64,000 nucleotides of DNA from Eledone cirrhosa (GCA_964016885.1 OZ024743.1:41540001-41604000), one strand, 5' to 3'; shown: positions 12,014 to 26,835, counted from the first letter of the stretch. Program-made: numbers and translations. The notes: generated from the sequence alone by a model not told the origin.

Positions 12014-13684
12014 AGATATATACATAGCGATGTCTTGATATGTTGAGAGTTACTTGTCATTTATTCTGCCGATAAGAACATCAAATACACATGCTCATAC
12101 TGCCATGAACCCAAAAGCACATAGGTGAATTGAACTTTTTAACTCCTACGCTGATTGTTAGGTGACAAAACATACATCCATTTGGTCGAGAGCTATCATA
12201 AACTACACGTCCCTTGTACCATGTAGTAGCTATTGATCTAAGAACCACATAGTTGAACACAATATAATAACAACACAACCAATGTTAGTCAATCTTTATT
12301 AAATTTTCAAATATTTAGATGAATCGCAGGAGAATTTCACTACAATAAAATGTACAACCATCTGTTCGCCAATTGTTGATGCCTTTCTTTTTTAAGTGTT
12401 AGCCGTTTCTTTGTATTGCACATATAGTTTGTTGATATTGACATTTAATTCATTGTTGTTTTCATGTGACAAATAATGTGCTGTCGTTTGTATGCAGTTG
12501 CATTGAAGTGCTCATCTATAGAATACATGTATTATAAATTATAATTTGTGTGTTTAGAAAATTTGATGTTGTGGAAATCATATTCTATTGTGTAGAATTT
12601 ACAATGTTGTTCATGCTACGTTATTATTTGAATGATACACGAATATTGTGTTCTGTCTGGATATAAAATTGCATAAAATTCTGATGTAGAGAATATGTGA
12701 TGCAAGAATGTTGTTAAATAAATATTAGACAAATTGTGTTTTATGGTATAGAATCTATATCATGATACACACTGCTACCTTATGAATTTTAACTTAATAG
12801 TTCGAACCCCTATATAGCGTTGATTCAAATTCATAAATTCGACTTATCGTTGTTATTAATGATCTAAAATTATTTTCCACGCGTCTATAAGTATTATTTC
12901 AACTATCATCGCTCTTGAAAAAATGTTCGTGTATCTCGAATATTATACATTTGAGGTCGTTATTCTTCCACAATATTTGTGGAAATACAGTGGAAGTGAT
13001 GATTCACTATGACTTAGACAAAAAACACTTTCTGTATCTAATTATACAATCTCAATAATAAATATTCCGCCATTTATTACACTAATTATGCATGATTGAC
13101 AGTTCTATTGTTGTCATGAAATAATATATTCTTAATTGAGACCTTATGTGGCCGCGGTATCTGGACTACTATTAGAAATGTTTCTTAAGCATATAAGGTG
13201 ATGAATTTTCCGAATAGTTAAAGCTTTGGGCAAAGTGTTTTGCGGAGATTCTTTCGAAATATTAGGGTCTGGGTTTACATCATGCAAGGTCAAACATACC
13301 ATTCGTCCTTACAGGTTCGATATAATAAAGTACCAGTAACGCACTCGTGTGGATTACATCGACTTATTCTCTATACATTAATGGCAATTTGGGTTCATAT
13401 CCTGCCGAGGTTTTCTTTGCCTTATACCAGTCACGTACTAGGGTCGATTTCGTCGGAATTGATGGCTTTCATAGCATGAAGAAATCGAAGTGGGAGAGAT
13501 TTTTGACACCAGCATATGTCGAGTACCTGAAGATCTGATGATGACACGTGGGATCCCCTAATGTTAAACTATGAGCAGGCTGTTAAAGTGTTCCCAAATG
13601 AAACCCTTTCAATCATGGAGATGGAACCTTCCGAACTCCAAAAAAGACCGGAAGGTAAGTAAAACTTTCTAGATCAAGCAGCCA

Positions 13685-14970
13685 TCATGGTTAACTTAAG
13701 CGTGGGTTGTATAAATCGTTCTGGAAGCATAGTCGCTTGCTGAACGACATCAGGTCATTTCATATACATGTGATTGCCGTTGGCGAGACCAAGAATTTCA
13801 ATACACGTCAGCAGCCCCAATTTTCGATGGTTGCCATCTATTAGTCGCTTGGAAATGGGAGGTTGGAACTAGGTGCTGTTTAGAAAAAAGCCTGGATCTC
13901 AACGTAAGGGCGATCTTCCTAGACCTGGTCTGTAAGTTTGTGGTTCTGGAGGTACCTTTAGATTGATGGCACTCTATGCTCCAACGGGGTTTGGAACATC
14001 ATTTTAGACGCACGCGGGGATTGTGCGCGAGTAGTTGAGAGCAACGGGGTGTGTAAAAGCCTCAAGTACCTGATCTGACAGTTCAAACTGACTTACAACC
14101 GACTAGATATCCCTAATGTGCCAGTGTGGACTTGAACCAACCACATAGGGTCATCTAACTCGTATATAGCTAGGTTTTTATTAGGTCAGTAGATAAGGAT
14201 AGAATAGATTGTCAACATTTCAGACCACTCGCCTATTTACATCACAAATTTGTGATCTGCATGGTCCACCTATATAGAACGTATAGGCTAGGACCTGGTT
14301 ACTAAAAGTTCAACGAATCATTCCCGTGTGTAAAGCATACTGGAACAGGGTCACGATTTTAAGCGTAAGTTGACAGCGGGTTCATCAACAACAGGATAGT
14401 CAAAAGAGAGATTAGAGTAGGTTTTATTATAGAAGTAGCGTTAAGAAAAACAATATAAAGGAGGAGTAGCTCTGAGCTAAATTAGACGAGGGGATTAGAC
14501 ATGGCATTATAACTGTCGAGCTAGCGGCGGAATAGCCTTAAATCATTTCTTCAATGCAGGAAATGAAGTTTGCATTGTCAGAGCTAGGGCGCATGCTCTA
14601 AGAAATATGGGAAAGGAAACATTTCGACGGGCGCCTGTGGGAGGGGAGCAGCGTGCTCACAAGATCATAATTTGGTCAATGACGAACGCATGCTGAACGA
14701 TTCCAAGCAGATTGTCCGTCTTTCACCAGCAGTTTGCTCGGCTGTTCGGGAGTGCGGGTCGTAGATGGGGGTGGACTTCAGTTCTTACCTCGACGGCTAC
14801 CATGTCACTCGCCAGCTGATGTTGAGTGTTACGAAATACCGATATCATTAGCCTAGATTCAAGACGCCCTAGTACCTTACACTAGGCGCAACTTACCAGT
14901 TTGGTTGATCTGCCCTACGAGTTTTACGTATATATGCCAAACTTATTTTCCAATATTCTCTACTGCAACT
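13685..14970 (+). mobile_element. Highly decayed Tx1/L1-clade LINE ORF2 (APE domain to start of RT)
   Basis: Broken-frame VGCIN, IAVGETK, VWT*TNHIGSSNSYI, GPGY*KFN, LPYEFY. Confidence 0.65.
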
Positions 14971-17284
14971 GGCATTTACGTTCTGAGGTCAAATCGCGCC
15001 GAGGTAAGCTTTACCATTCAAAGTTATGAAGTCGATAAAATAAAGGCAATGGGGTCCGTATAAACGCCTTTACTGAAATCGTTGCCCTTGTGCCTAAACC
15101 AAAAGCCATTATTAGTATTGATTGTAGCAGTAGTAGTATTAGTTGTAGAAGTAGATGTAGCATTATACATAGTACAGGTTTTTTCTTTTTTTTTTGTCCC
15201 GTTGTGGACATGTCTGATTAATCAATGGTCATTTCTGACTTAGTTTAGCAGTATTTTAATCAAATATATTTTCAGCTATGAACTGATCATCTATCTACAA
15301 TTTACGGGGAACGTGTGTCTACATTATGTAACGTATCTTTCATAAACATGTTTAAACATGTTTTATAAACGTTCGGCAAATCCACATATCCCATACAATT
15401 TCATTGGGATTTAAAACCTAATATTCTAAAATTGACATAATCCAAATTAAATCCACTCTTTTTAAAACAAGTTAGTATTTATTTACAATAGATTACAGTT
15501 ATTTAAACAAAACGCATATATGTTCAAGTAAAAATATTTGCTTTATGAACGAAGAATTTAACCTTCATGGTGTTTTACAAGAGAAGTTGGCGTCATTGAA
15601 TATTTACACGTCGTAAAACTTTGATTTATGGGAAATTTTGTGGTTCTAGCGAAATATAGAATGTTCAAAATATATCCCGCCTCAAGAATATAGGAGGTGA
15701 TCGGTTGCGCTAATAATGAAAACATCTCATTTTTATTACATGGGAGTAGTATATGATGGAGTATATGTTGAAAATAGAAACATGCTCTGAAGATGTTTAT
15801 ATTGATGCGGATGATGATATCGATCGTTGTTATAATGATTTCTCATTTACGCACAAGTCCAGCTATTGGGGTAGAGAGATTAGTTGGTTACATTGTTTCC
15901 AGTACTTGACTGGTACATCATATATAATTAACTCCGGAAGGATGAAACATCAAATTGACCTCAGCTAGCTTCGATCACTGAATGTTAAATCTAGAGAAAA
16001 ATAATGCATTGCAGTTTGTACGACGTCCTAAATCACCCCCTTACACAGAGAGTTGACACGCACGAAGATGATCCGACAAACAAGCTTCCACACAGTTGCC
16101 GTTTGACAAATTTCTTTTTGAATCTATTGGCCTTCATGAGCCTATGGTATAAACATTTTCCAAGGTTGGCTACCGATTCTGTCATCGAAATAATCATAGC
16201 AACAATAATATTTCACTCCCAGAATATTTTTTATTTATGTTGTCAACCGAGCTACGAACTGATCCCTGACACAATCCCGTAGTTTGCAAAATGTGCGACG
16301 AAGATTTTGATTGCAAAACAATAGCAGAAAACTGTAAAGTTATTTTTAAATGTTTTCTTCAATAAAGCAAATATATATTGACGAAATTATGTGTTTTCGA
16401 GAGCCTTCGTAACATCATTTTTCTATGATACAGTAGTATTTTCTAGATTAGAAATCATTACCTTTCCGTTGAAAAGGCAACCAACTTCGGACTCAATTAT
16501 TATATAGAAATCAGCATTATTTGCAATAGGATTCTATTGATAAAACGCCAACATATTTATCGATAATTTCATGATTGTGTTATAGGAGAGGCTTGGCCAA
16601 TTATTTGTATATCTGAGTTCTAATGAATACGACACACACTGATATATTGATTCATATTGCTAACTATTTCATCGGCTTTCATTCATTCATTGACATAGAT
16701 TTTGCTTTTTCCCCTTTCGGTATTGTTTTGCACTCAAAATGGCTGTTGGAATTATTATTGGCAAACACGTTCTTTTAAAAGATTACGAAGCCCTCTAAGG
16801 GCATATGGAAGCAACTTTCTTTCAGTGTTGTTCTCTCACTGTAGAAATTCATTCAGACTTGTTTTGCACTCGGCGGTCCTGTTGATATTTCATTGGCAAA
16901 TATATTTTTAGAATTGGGCTGTTTTCAGTTTGAATGTAAATACTACGACTCAGTATGCGTGTTTGTGTGTGTGTATTTATACAAATGTATGTATGTATAT
17001 ATGTATGTATGTATGTATATATATGTGTGTGTGAGGGTGTGCGTGTGTGTCAGTTTGAAATAAAGGTGTGATCGATACACATTGACTAACACAGAAAATA
17101 TTAGACAAGTCTTTTCATGTGTGAATTTGGAAGTAAACAGAAACGCTATACAGAATATGACATTCCTATAGTTGAGTGTGAAAAGCTTCAATGACTGCAT
17201 ACATTTTAAAGGAATCCTAGAGGTTATGTGAAGGTACGTTGCGTATTGAGCCTTCTCAGTCTGGGCTAGCACATCCCTCTCATA

Positions 17285-17612
17285 GTTGTACACTCCGAAT
17301 CCCTCTGCAACTCAGAAAACAGCACAGTTCCCATGACTTTCGGAAACATTTTTTCACACTCAGATTTGCTGAAGCATGGAAAAAGCTACCTGCATCAGTT
17401 GTTAGATGTCGAAACACTGCATCATTTAAAACCTTCATGCTCCCTGAGATTCGCCAACACTACACCTAGTGCTCCCCCCCTCCATACACACGCACACTTG
17501 TATTTCATGACTAATACACTGTTAATTTCTTGACATTTGTACATTATCCTATGTACTATAATTTCACCTTTGTTGAGTTGTAGTGCACCGGAGCACTGTA
17601 CACAATAATTTC

Positions 17613-17615
<3 letters not shown>
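17285..17615 (+). mobile_element. CR1-like LINE 3' end
   Basis: RKHFFTLRFAEAWKKLPASVVRCRNTASFK resembles the CR1/L2-group C-terminal FFS.RV...WN.LP..VV....FK motif; short 3' UTR to (TA)n. Confidence 0.65.
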
Positions 17616-17700
<85 letters not shown>

Positions 17701-17832
17701 GTTGTGTATAGTGGTAGCTATGGTGCTTCCATAGGCGGTATGCCAAAATTAGCACTCGATATTCATCAGAGTAGAGTGTAAATTTTATAAAGGAAACGAA
17801 AAATCTGTGATGAATCTGGACTTAGTTTATTT

Positions 17833-17923
17833 CGTGTTACAAATGTTTCACCGGCAAGTAGCTCGAGTCATGGGCATTGTATGGATCTGGCTGGTTCTAC
17901 TTCTGCGGGTTCTTTCAGACACG
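17833..17923 (-). ncRNA. HHR variant (CUGAAAGA core, long stem II)
   Basis: CGTGT-CTGAAAGA-ACCCGCAGAAGTAG...CTACTTGCCGGT-GAAA-CATTTG-TA-ACACG; partner copy at 25426-25500 (+) has a deletion and GAA at the cleavage site. Confidence 0.6.
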
Positions 17924-18701
17924 GGTGTTGCGTCCGGAGCAAATTTTATCACCGGGGTGTTATCATCAAAACAACACCCTCAAAAACCCTAATTCCACTC
18001 TTGTCATGCCATTGGCTGTTTTTACTTCACGTCATTACAAGTTCTGGTCAGTATCTGCTGTCACACGGTTCGTCAACCATTTTCCGTCCGACACATTTCA
18101 ATGGAGTCATGCTGGGTTCAGTAATTGACACGTCTGCTCACACTTCAGATTAGCCACTCACACGTACTAGAATACACACATAAAAACACACACACATGCA
18201 GACACATACCTATCTATGCATACACAATCGTACACCTATATGCGCAGACAAAAAGCACCCCCATATACATACATCGCAGTATATATACTCACATACCCTC
18301 TATCCCTCACTCCCACGGACCCAGTCACACCCACTTGTTGATACATATCGGCACAAGCCATCTGACGGTTGTTTAAGTCGCGCTCTGTATAACCTAGGAA
18401 AAGCATATCCCACTCAAACGTACACATATATACATACATACACGCGCACATACACATTCGCGCAACCTTGTATACATTTAAATATATATATATACACACA
18501 CTCATACACACACATATACACATACACACAAACGTACCCATACATACATATATACACATGTTTGCATACACATATATATATATATATACATGTATATACA
18601 CACACATACATACATACACACACGTATATAAGTAAATGTATACTTACACATGAGCACACATACATACGAATACACATACGTAGATAAACATTACCTACAC
18701 A

Positions 18702-18759
<58 letters not shown>

Positions 18760-18760
18760 G

Positions 18761-19463
18761 GAATAAAGTGCTCCTTTATCAGTGATCTTCCAACTATCAT
18801 CGGTATTACTTCGCTTTAAAGACCATATACCTCCAGTTGGTGCGAGCAACGGCTAAACAAAGTCGTTGGGACACGAAAATAAAGAGAACAACGAGAGTGT
18901 AAATAAACAAAGATGGTGAAGCAACGAAAAGTGAGGAAGAACGAGTCAAGTCCCAAATTTCCATGAATATATGTTCGGTGAAATCGTGAACGAGAGAGAA
19001 TAACGACCATCAAACTTGGTTGCAATGAAAGCAAGGAAGGAATTCCGTACAGGTTTAACGGGAGGAAGAAGGAATCTAGTCTGTGAATACGGTGAACATA
19101 AGTTCTGTGAAATCGTAGACGAGAGAGAGAAAAAAGGCGAACCAGCCTCACCAAGCGTGCGAAAGAAAATAATTACGCACAGGTCAAACGGGAAGAAGGA
19201 GGAGGAGGAGGAGAGGTAGTAATAGAGAGTGAGTGAGTGAAGGGTGAGGAAGAGGCTAACAGAGAGAGTGACTGTTAGAGAGGGTAAAGATACAGAGAAA
19301 GAGGAAGCAGAAAGAACGAAATAGACGGGTCACAGCGGGGAAAAAATATGTGTAAATATGAGAATAAACGTGCTGCGTAGTTGCAAAAGGGTTACATATG
19401 AATAAAGTGGTCATTCATCAGTGATCTTCCAACCATCATCGGTATTTCTTCGCGTTTATTCTC
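18761..19463 (-). mobile_element. Direct-repeat-bounded non-coding element (retrozyme-like family), copy 1
   Basis: Imperfect DRs 18761-18814 / 19400-19453 with T(C/T)ATCAGTGATCTTCCAAC..TCATCGGTATT; absent from the opposite arm of the large IR, so a later insertion. Confidence 0.7.
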
Positions 19464-19828
19464 AAATATACATATACATATATATATATATATATACATA
19501 TATATACACACATATATACACACAAAGGAAAAGGGTCAACTTAACATGCGTACGCCCATCCCCACATATACATACAAATACCCACGCATATGCCGATATA
19601 CATACATCTACACATGCATACGCATAAGTGTTGCCACATGCAAACACCTGCATGCACGCACATCTGCCTACACACACAAAAATGCCATCACACATACATA
19701 TATTAAAATATATAAAAACACACTTGTAAGTGAACAGTTAAAATACATTATGCAATATACACAGTATAACGACGGTAAAATTATCGTAGCATAAAAAAAT
19801 ATACAATGTAATATAATATACAATATGA

Positions 19829-20332
<504 letters not shown>

Positions 20333-20793
20333 CATATATATCTCACCCGTTTATACATACATACTCACACAATAAAAACACATATATATATATATATATA
20401 CACACACCCACTCACACGCACACACACACACGTACACGGACTCATACATATACGGATATATACGGATATATATAGACTGTATGTGATAAACTAATACAAC
20501 AAGAATAATAGTAATAATTGTTTCTACTGTAGGTACAAGGACAGCAAATAGTCAGTACATTACTGGTACTTTATTTTATTGACCCTGTAAGGATTAAAGG
20601 CAAAGTTAACCTCGGCGGGATTTGAACAATAATAGTATTAATAAAAACATATATAGTCCTTATATAGTCATCCGCAGACATTCCTATGAGATGCACACAA
20701 ACACATACTGTATGCACAAATACATATACACATATATATAGACCCGCAAATGCATGCACCTGTACCCACATACACATCCACATATATACACAT

Positions 20794-20830
<37 letters not shown>

Positions 20831-20960
20831 CGCACACTTACCTACCCGCACACACACAAACCTACTCATACGTGGCTATATGTACACACTCACACATCCT
20901 CATACAGGCATAGATATATACATACATACACACACACAAACAAACATATATACATATATT

Positions 20961-20992
<32 letters not shown>

Positions 20993-22120
20993 TGCTCATA
21001 CATAGACATACACATACATAATACACACACCCACTCACAGATACACCAACATTCCGCCATATATGTATATATATGCACACGTGTGCACCTACGGGCGCGT
21101 ATAAGCACGTACACACACGCACCTATGCCCACACACACATCCCGACACCCACCCACGTATATATATATATATACATACATACGCATCTACTCACACATAC
21201 ACGCACATATCCCACACACATGTCCACACATAAAAACTCGTGAACATAAATACAATATGATAATAACATAAAATACATAAATAAATTTACAATATTTTAG
21301 GGTACATCAAAATCTGTATGTAACTGCATAAATAGGCACAAGAAAAAGAAGGGGCAAAATAAAGGAACGGGTATAATAAAAAAAAGAAATAAAAAATAAA
21401 AAACGTGGGGATGTACAGGAGAAGGTGCGTGCGTCCATGCGATAACCTACACACAGGTATTATGAGATTCAAACTTGTGTCCATGTATAGAATAGGTAAC
21501 AGTAACAGAACAATGATATAACAATATTAACAATTACTGTTCCAAGGAATTCGCCGGGTGACGCAGGCAGGAGGCATGAGAATTAGAACGCACAGACCCG
21601 ATTGGCCTAGCGGGATTAGGGTACCTGACGACACGCCATGATGACGATGTCTGACCCGTGAGGAAATCATAGGTCAACCGAGTGCGCACGTGACCGGGCG
21701 CACAACATTGGAAGATACACCGCATGGGCCATGTTCGGCTGACACGGGGCCCACTGCCGCCCGGACCTGTGCACTAAACGTTTAGAACAGCACAAACCCG
21801 CCACGGTGCCATGCCCCATGGCGACCGTGGCGGGATTCACATTGAATGTGTACACCGTCAAACGTGACTATATACTCTACACCTGTCCCACCTTGGAACA
21901 GTACCAGTAATGTACTGGGCATTTGCTGGCCTTGTGCCAAACGTAGAAACAATTATTACTATTATTCTTGCTGTATTAGTTTATCACATATACTCTATAT
22001 ATATATCCGTATATATCCGTATATGTATGTATGATTCCGTGAACGTGTGTGTGTGTATGAGTGGGTGTGTATATGTATGTGTGTGTATATGTGTGTGTAT
22101 GTATAAAAGGGGGAGATATA

Positions 22121-22162
<42 letters not shown>

Positions 22163-22167
<5 letters not shown>

Positions 22168-22809
22168 AAATATGGAGAAAAATACTGCAGGTAGCGCATG
22201 GATAACATGTAATAAAATGAGTCCCTCATCAGTGATTTGCCGACGATCATAGATATTTCATTGCATTAAAAATCATATACCTCACGTCGGTGCAATAATA
22301 ACTAAAATAAGTTATTAGGACAATTAAAACGCGTAAAGCGAGTGAGACAGGAGAACAACAAAGAGTATAGCTAACCGTAGGGGAATGAAACAAGCTTCAT
22401 AATTATTCTGTTTAGCATAAGCTAGGTGAATATATGAGCGCTTTAGAAAAAAGACCTTACACGAACGATGGCCATGTGAGAAGAGAGAAAAATAGCCTTC
22501 GTGGTGTACAGGATGAAATAAAGAGAGGAGAAACAGTGAGTGAGCGAAAGTGTGAGGAAGAGTTAACTGACAGGACAGAGGGGGCAAAAGAAGGTAGGAG
22601 AAACAGAGAGAATGGTGGAGCAGTAAGAGAGAGAGAGAAAAACACAGAATCGCAGTTTGGGTAAATATATGTAATAAAATATGGAGAAAAATACTGCAGG
22701 TAGCGCATGGATAACATGTAATAAAATGAGTCCCTCATCAGTGATTTGCCGACGATCATAGATATTTCATTGCATTAAAAATCATATACCTCACGTCGGT
22801 GCAATAATA
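22163..22809 (-). mobile_element. Direct-repeat-bounded non-coding element (retrozyme-like family), copy 2
   Basis: Identical 138 bp DRs 22163-22300 and 22672-22809 (period 509), no ORF, inside (TA)n; each DR carries minus-strand GAAA...UA-stem I-CUGAUGA. Confidence 0.8.
22226..22290 (-). ncRNA. Candidate type II-ordered hammerhead motif with pseudoknot (repeated at 22735-22799)
   Basis: Minus: CCGACG...GAAA-TATC-TA-TGAT-CGTCGGCAA-ATCA-CTGATGA; loop CGTCGG complementary to upstream CCGACG; proximal stem II and stem III weak. Confidence 0.45.
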
Positions 22810-22828
22810 CGGTATATATACACACATG

Positions 22829-22958
<130 letters not shown>

Positions 22959-23323
22959 CATGTGTGTATATATATATATCATATTGTATATTATATTACA
23001 TTGTATATTTTTTTATGCTACAATAATTTTACCGTCGTTATACTGTGTATATTGCATAATGTAGTTTAACTGTTCACTTACAAGTGTGTTTTTATATATG
23101 TTTTATATATGTTTATATATGTATGTGTGAGGGCACTTTTGTATGTGTAGGCAGATGTGCGTCCGTGCAGGTGTTTGCATGTGGCAACACGTATGCGTAT
23201 GCATGTGTAGATGTATGTATATCGGCATATGCGTGGATATTTGTATGTATATGCGTGGATGGGCGTACGCATGTTAAGTTGCCCCTTTTCTTTTGTGTGT
23301 ATATATGTGTGTATATATATGTG

Positions 23324-23434
<111 letters not shown>

Positions 23435-23538
23435 AGGTAATGTTTATCTACGTATGTGTATTCGTATGTATGTGTGGTCATGTGTGAGTATACATTTACG
23501 TACATACGTGTGTGTATGTATGTATGTGTGTGTATATA

Positions 23539-23572
<34 letters not shown>

Positions 23573-23579
23573 CGCACAT

Positions 23580-24733
23580 ATTTGTTTTCTATCTGCCTGC
23601 ATAAATTCCATAGAACTTTTCACAAAGTATACAGTTAATATTCAATTCTTTATCAATTTAGAATCTTTTCTCAAAGGCACATATACATACACCTCTTTAA
23701 AATATACCCATCTACCTTACTTTAAAGGGCATTATACACTCTATAATACTTGTTTACTCATTACCCTCATTCTATCTTCACCTTGTAAAATCATAACATA
23801 TACAATATTCACCCGCAATCATTATTATTTTTTCTCTCTATCATAAATCTTTTTAATCTCAATTTCATCCTTAATTTATTATTTTTTTCTCCCCATCAAC
23901 GAACTCATTATTAATACATATTAACTCTTTATTCGCATATATTATCAATTCAACCAATATACAAACTTTAACTTCACATTATTTTTCTCAAATCCTTCTA
24001 CACACAAACCTTCATAATTTTTCTCTTCGTTAATTTTGAAATTGCCACAATATATACATTTCTTTTTTTGACGTTAGAATATTCATCCACAATTATTATT
24101 TTTTTCTCTCTATCTTCATACATAATTTCCCTTCGTTAATTTTCAAATTCCTTTAATTTATACATTATCTTCCAACGGTTCCCAACCTCTCTATGTCAAA
24201 ACAATATATCTTTTTCTCAGTTATAAAAACTATCTCTTTCTCTCTATCACCCATCTCTCCCTCTCCACCTTCACTCTCATCTCCTCCCCCTTTTTTTCAT
24301 CCCCCCCTCCCTAAATAAAATATTTTTTCCTCGCACATATCCTCCCTTCGTTAATTTTCAAAATTTTTAATTTATACAGTATCTTCCAACGGTTTTCAAC
24401 CTCTCTATGTAAAAAATATATCTCCTCTCAGTTATAAAAACTATCTCTTTCTCTCTATCACCCATCTCTCCCTCTCATCTCCTTCCCTTTTCATCCTTTC
24501 CAACCCCCCCCCCCCTCTCTAAATAAAATATTTTTTCCCAATATCACACATCAATCTAAAACCACTTTTCATATGTTGATTTAAAACTGCACTATCCACA
24601 AGTGTTTTTTAGCCTTCATATCATGTTCTCCTGTTTTATCTGATGAAAACACAAATATTATTGCATGATGATGTTTGTTTTTGAAATGCGCATAATAAAA
24701 TACATGGAACTCCTTTAACCATCTTTTGATCTT

Positions 24734-24740
<7 letters not shown>
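23580..24740 (+). mobile_element. PLE 3' end (C-terminal remnant, pyrimidine-rich UTR with ~220 bp duplication, pLTR)
   Basis: Starts with SICLHKFHRTF-like GIY-YIG tail; ends in intact HHR; pLTR also at ~51468-51632. Confidence 0.7.
24634..24700 (+). ncRNA. Type I hammerhead ribozyme
   Basis: TTTTAT-CTGATGA-AAACACAAATATTA..TGATGTTTGTTTTT-GAAA-TGCGCA-TA-ATAAAA; palindromic stem III ATGCGCAT. Confidence 0.85.
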
Positions 24741-24764
<24 letters not shown>

Positions 24765-25541
24765 GTGTATGCACACGTGTGTATATATGTATGTATGGGT
24801 ACGTATGTGTGTATGTGTATATATGTGTGTATGAGTGTGTGTTTATATATATATAGAGATATATATTTAAATGTATAGAAGGTTGCGCGAATGTGTATGT
24901 GCGCGCGTATGTATGTATATATGTGTACGTTTGAGTGGGATATGCTTTTCCTAAGTGATACAGAGCGCGACGTAAACAGCCGTCAGAAGGCTTGTGCCGA
25001 TATGTATCAACAAGTGGGTATGGCTGGCTCCGTGGAAGTGAGGGAGAGAGGATATGTGAGTATATATACTCCCATGTATGTATGTGGGGGTGTTTTTTAT
25101 CTGCGCAGGTAGGTGAACGAGTGTGTATACATAGATAGGTATGTGTCTGCATGTGTGTGTGTTTTTATGTGTGTATTGTAGGACGTGTGAGTGCCTAATC
25201 TGAAGTGTTAGCAGAGGTGTGAAGTACTGGACCCAACATGACTCCATTGAAATGTGTCGGACGGAAAATGGTTGATGGACCGTGTGGCAGCAGATACTGA
25301 CCAGAACTTGTGATGACGTGAAGTAAAAACTGCCAATGTCATGACAAGAGTGGAATTAGGGTAGTTGAGGGTGCTGTTTTGATGATAACACCCCGGTGAT
25401 AAAATTTGCTCCGGACGCAACACCCGTGTCTGAAAGAACCCGCAGAAGTAGAATCAGCCAGATCCATACAAGGACCATGCCGGCGAAACATTTGAAACAC
25501 TAAATAAACTAAGTCCAGATGCATCACTGATTTTTCGTTAC

Positions 25542-25677
<136 letters not shown>

Positions 25678-26559
25678 TGAAAGAGAGAGATCAATCGAAC
25701 CCAGTATTGTACAGGTAATTAATATATCATTTCCGATATTTTGAAAGGAAAATGTGACCTCGGAGAAAATTGAAGTCATAATGTAGGGGTGCATAGCATA
25801 TTCTATCCGACCCTCTACGGAATATATAGATTCGCCACATATAACACTTAAATGATAAAGTTAGATACTGAAATTATCATTGAACAGTTTGAAAACACAA
25901 CGTCTCTGAAACGCTCAACTGACGACTGACACATTTTCTTTTAGTGAACTTTAGATTCGCCCAGGGTAACTATCTCAGAGAAAGACAAAGATACGTAGTA
26001 GAGAAATGGAGTGGGTTTAATCCTTACCAGTAAACGGGTTTATAGTTCAAATGTTTAAAAGCTGTTTTAGTAGAAGGGAATATACTTAGGCCGGTGTACT
26101 AATGATTGAGCCGCGACTGTGAAGTATTGGATTGCTCTAATACTTCCATGACATAGCTGCTATTTCTAACTACATGAACAATCAAACAGTCTATTATGTT
26201 AGCCTCTAGAGAGAATGGAGTCATCTAGCCTGTAGCTTCTTTCTGTTATATGGCATTAATGACTATGATAGCTTATATAATTAGATTGTTAACTAGTTTA
26301 TATATTTACAATTCTAAGTAGGTTTAACCAGTTAGATGGGTGTATATTTAGATGTGTATAATCTATTAAACTGTTAGGGGCTTTACATATTTATGTAATT
26401 CATATATTTAGACTGTTAGAATGCAAATCAACTGTTATAAGGTTTATATATTTAGACAGTTAAATGGCTGATATATTTACATTATTAGACAGCATGTGTA
26501 GTAAAAAGTTATTTGGCTAGCAGCTTGAGTGTATGTGTAAGTATATATATATAAATATA

Positions 26560-26835
26560 TATAAAAAATATGAAAAGAATGAATACTGCGTGGTTGCACA
26601 TGGGTTACATATGATAAAAACAGTCATTCATCAGTGATTTACCAACCTTCATTGGTATTTCATCGCTTTAAAAATCATATACCTCCAGTTGGTGCGAGCA
26701 ATAGCTAAATAAAGCTATTGGGACAAGTAAGTCGCGTAAAGCGAGCGGGACCAGTAAACAAACATAGAAGGATAGCAACGGAAAGATAGGAAAAAACAAG
26801 CACATGCAGTCCGATCAGCTTAAGCTGTGTGGATT
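26560..26835 (-). mobile_element. Retrozyme-like family, copy 3 (single repeat plus part of the body)
   Basis: TCATCAG at 26628-34, TTTC at 26658-61, ACCAAC/GTTGGT pairing; homologous to 18.8 and 22.2 kb copies. Confidence 0.65.

Noticed and set aside
12290-16540. Possible minus-strand exons (e.g. ~16462-16533 NPIANN..CLFNGK; ~12400-12515 with downstream AATAAA)
   Set aside because: Splice-like signals present but no consistent phase chain or recognisable protein
21623-21676. CTGACGA...GAAA in the GC-rich island
   Set aside because: Stems I and III do not pair acceptably
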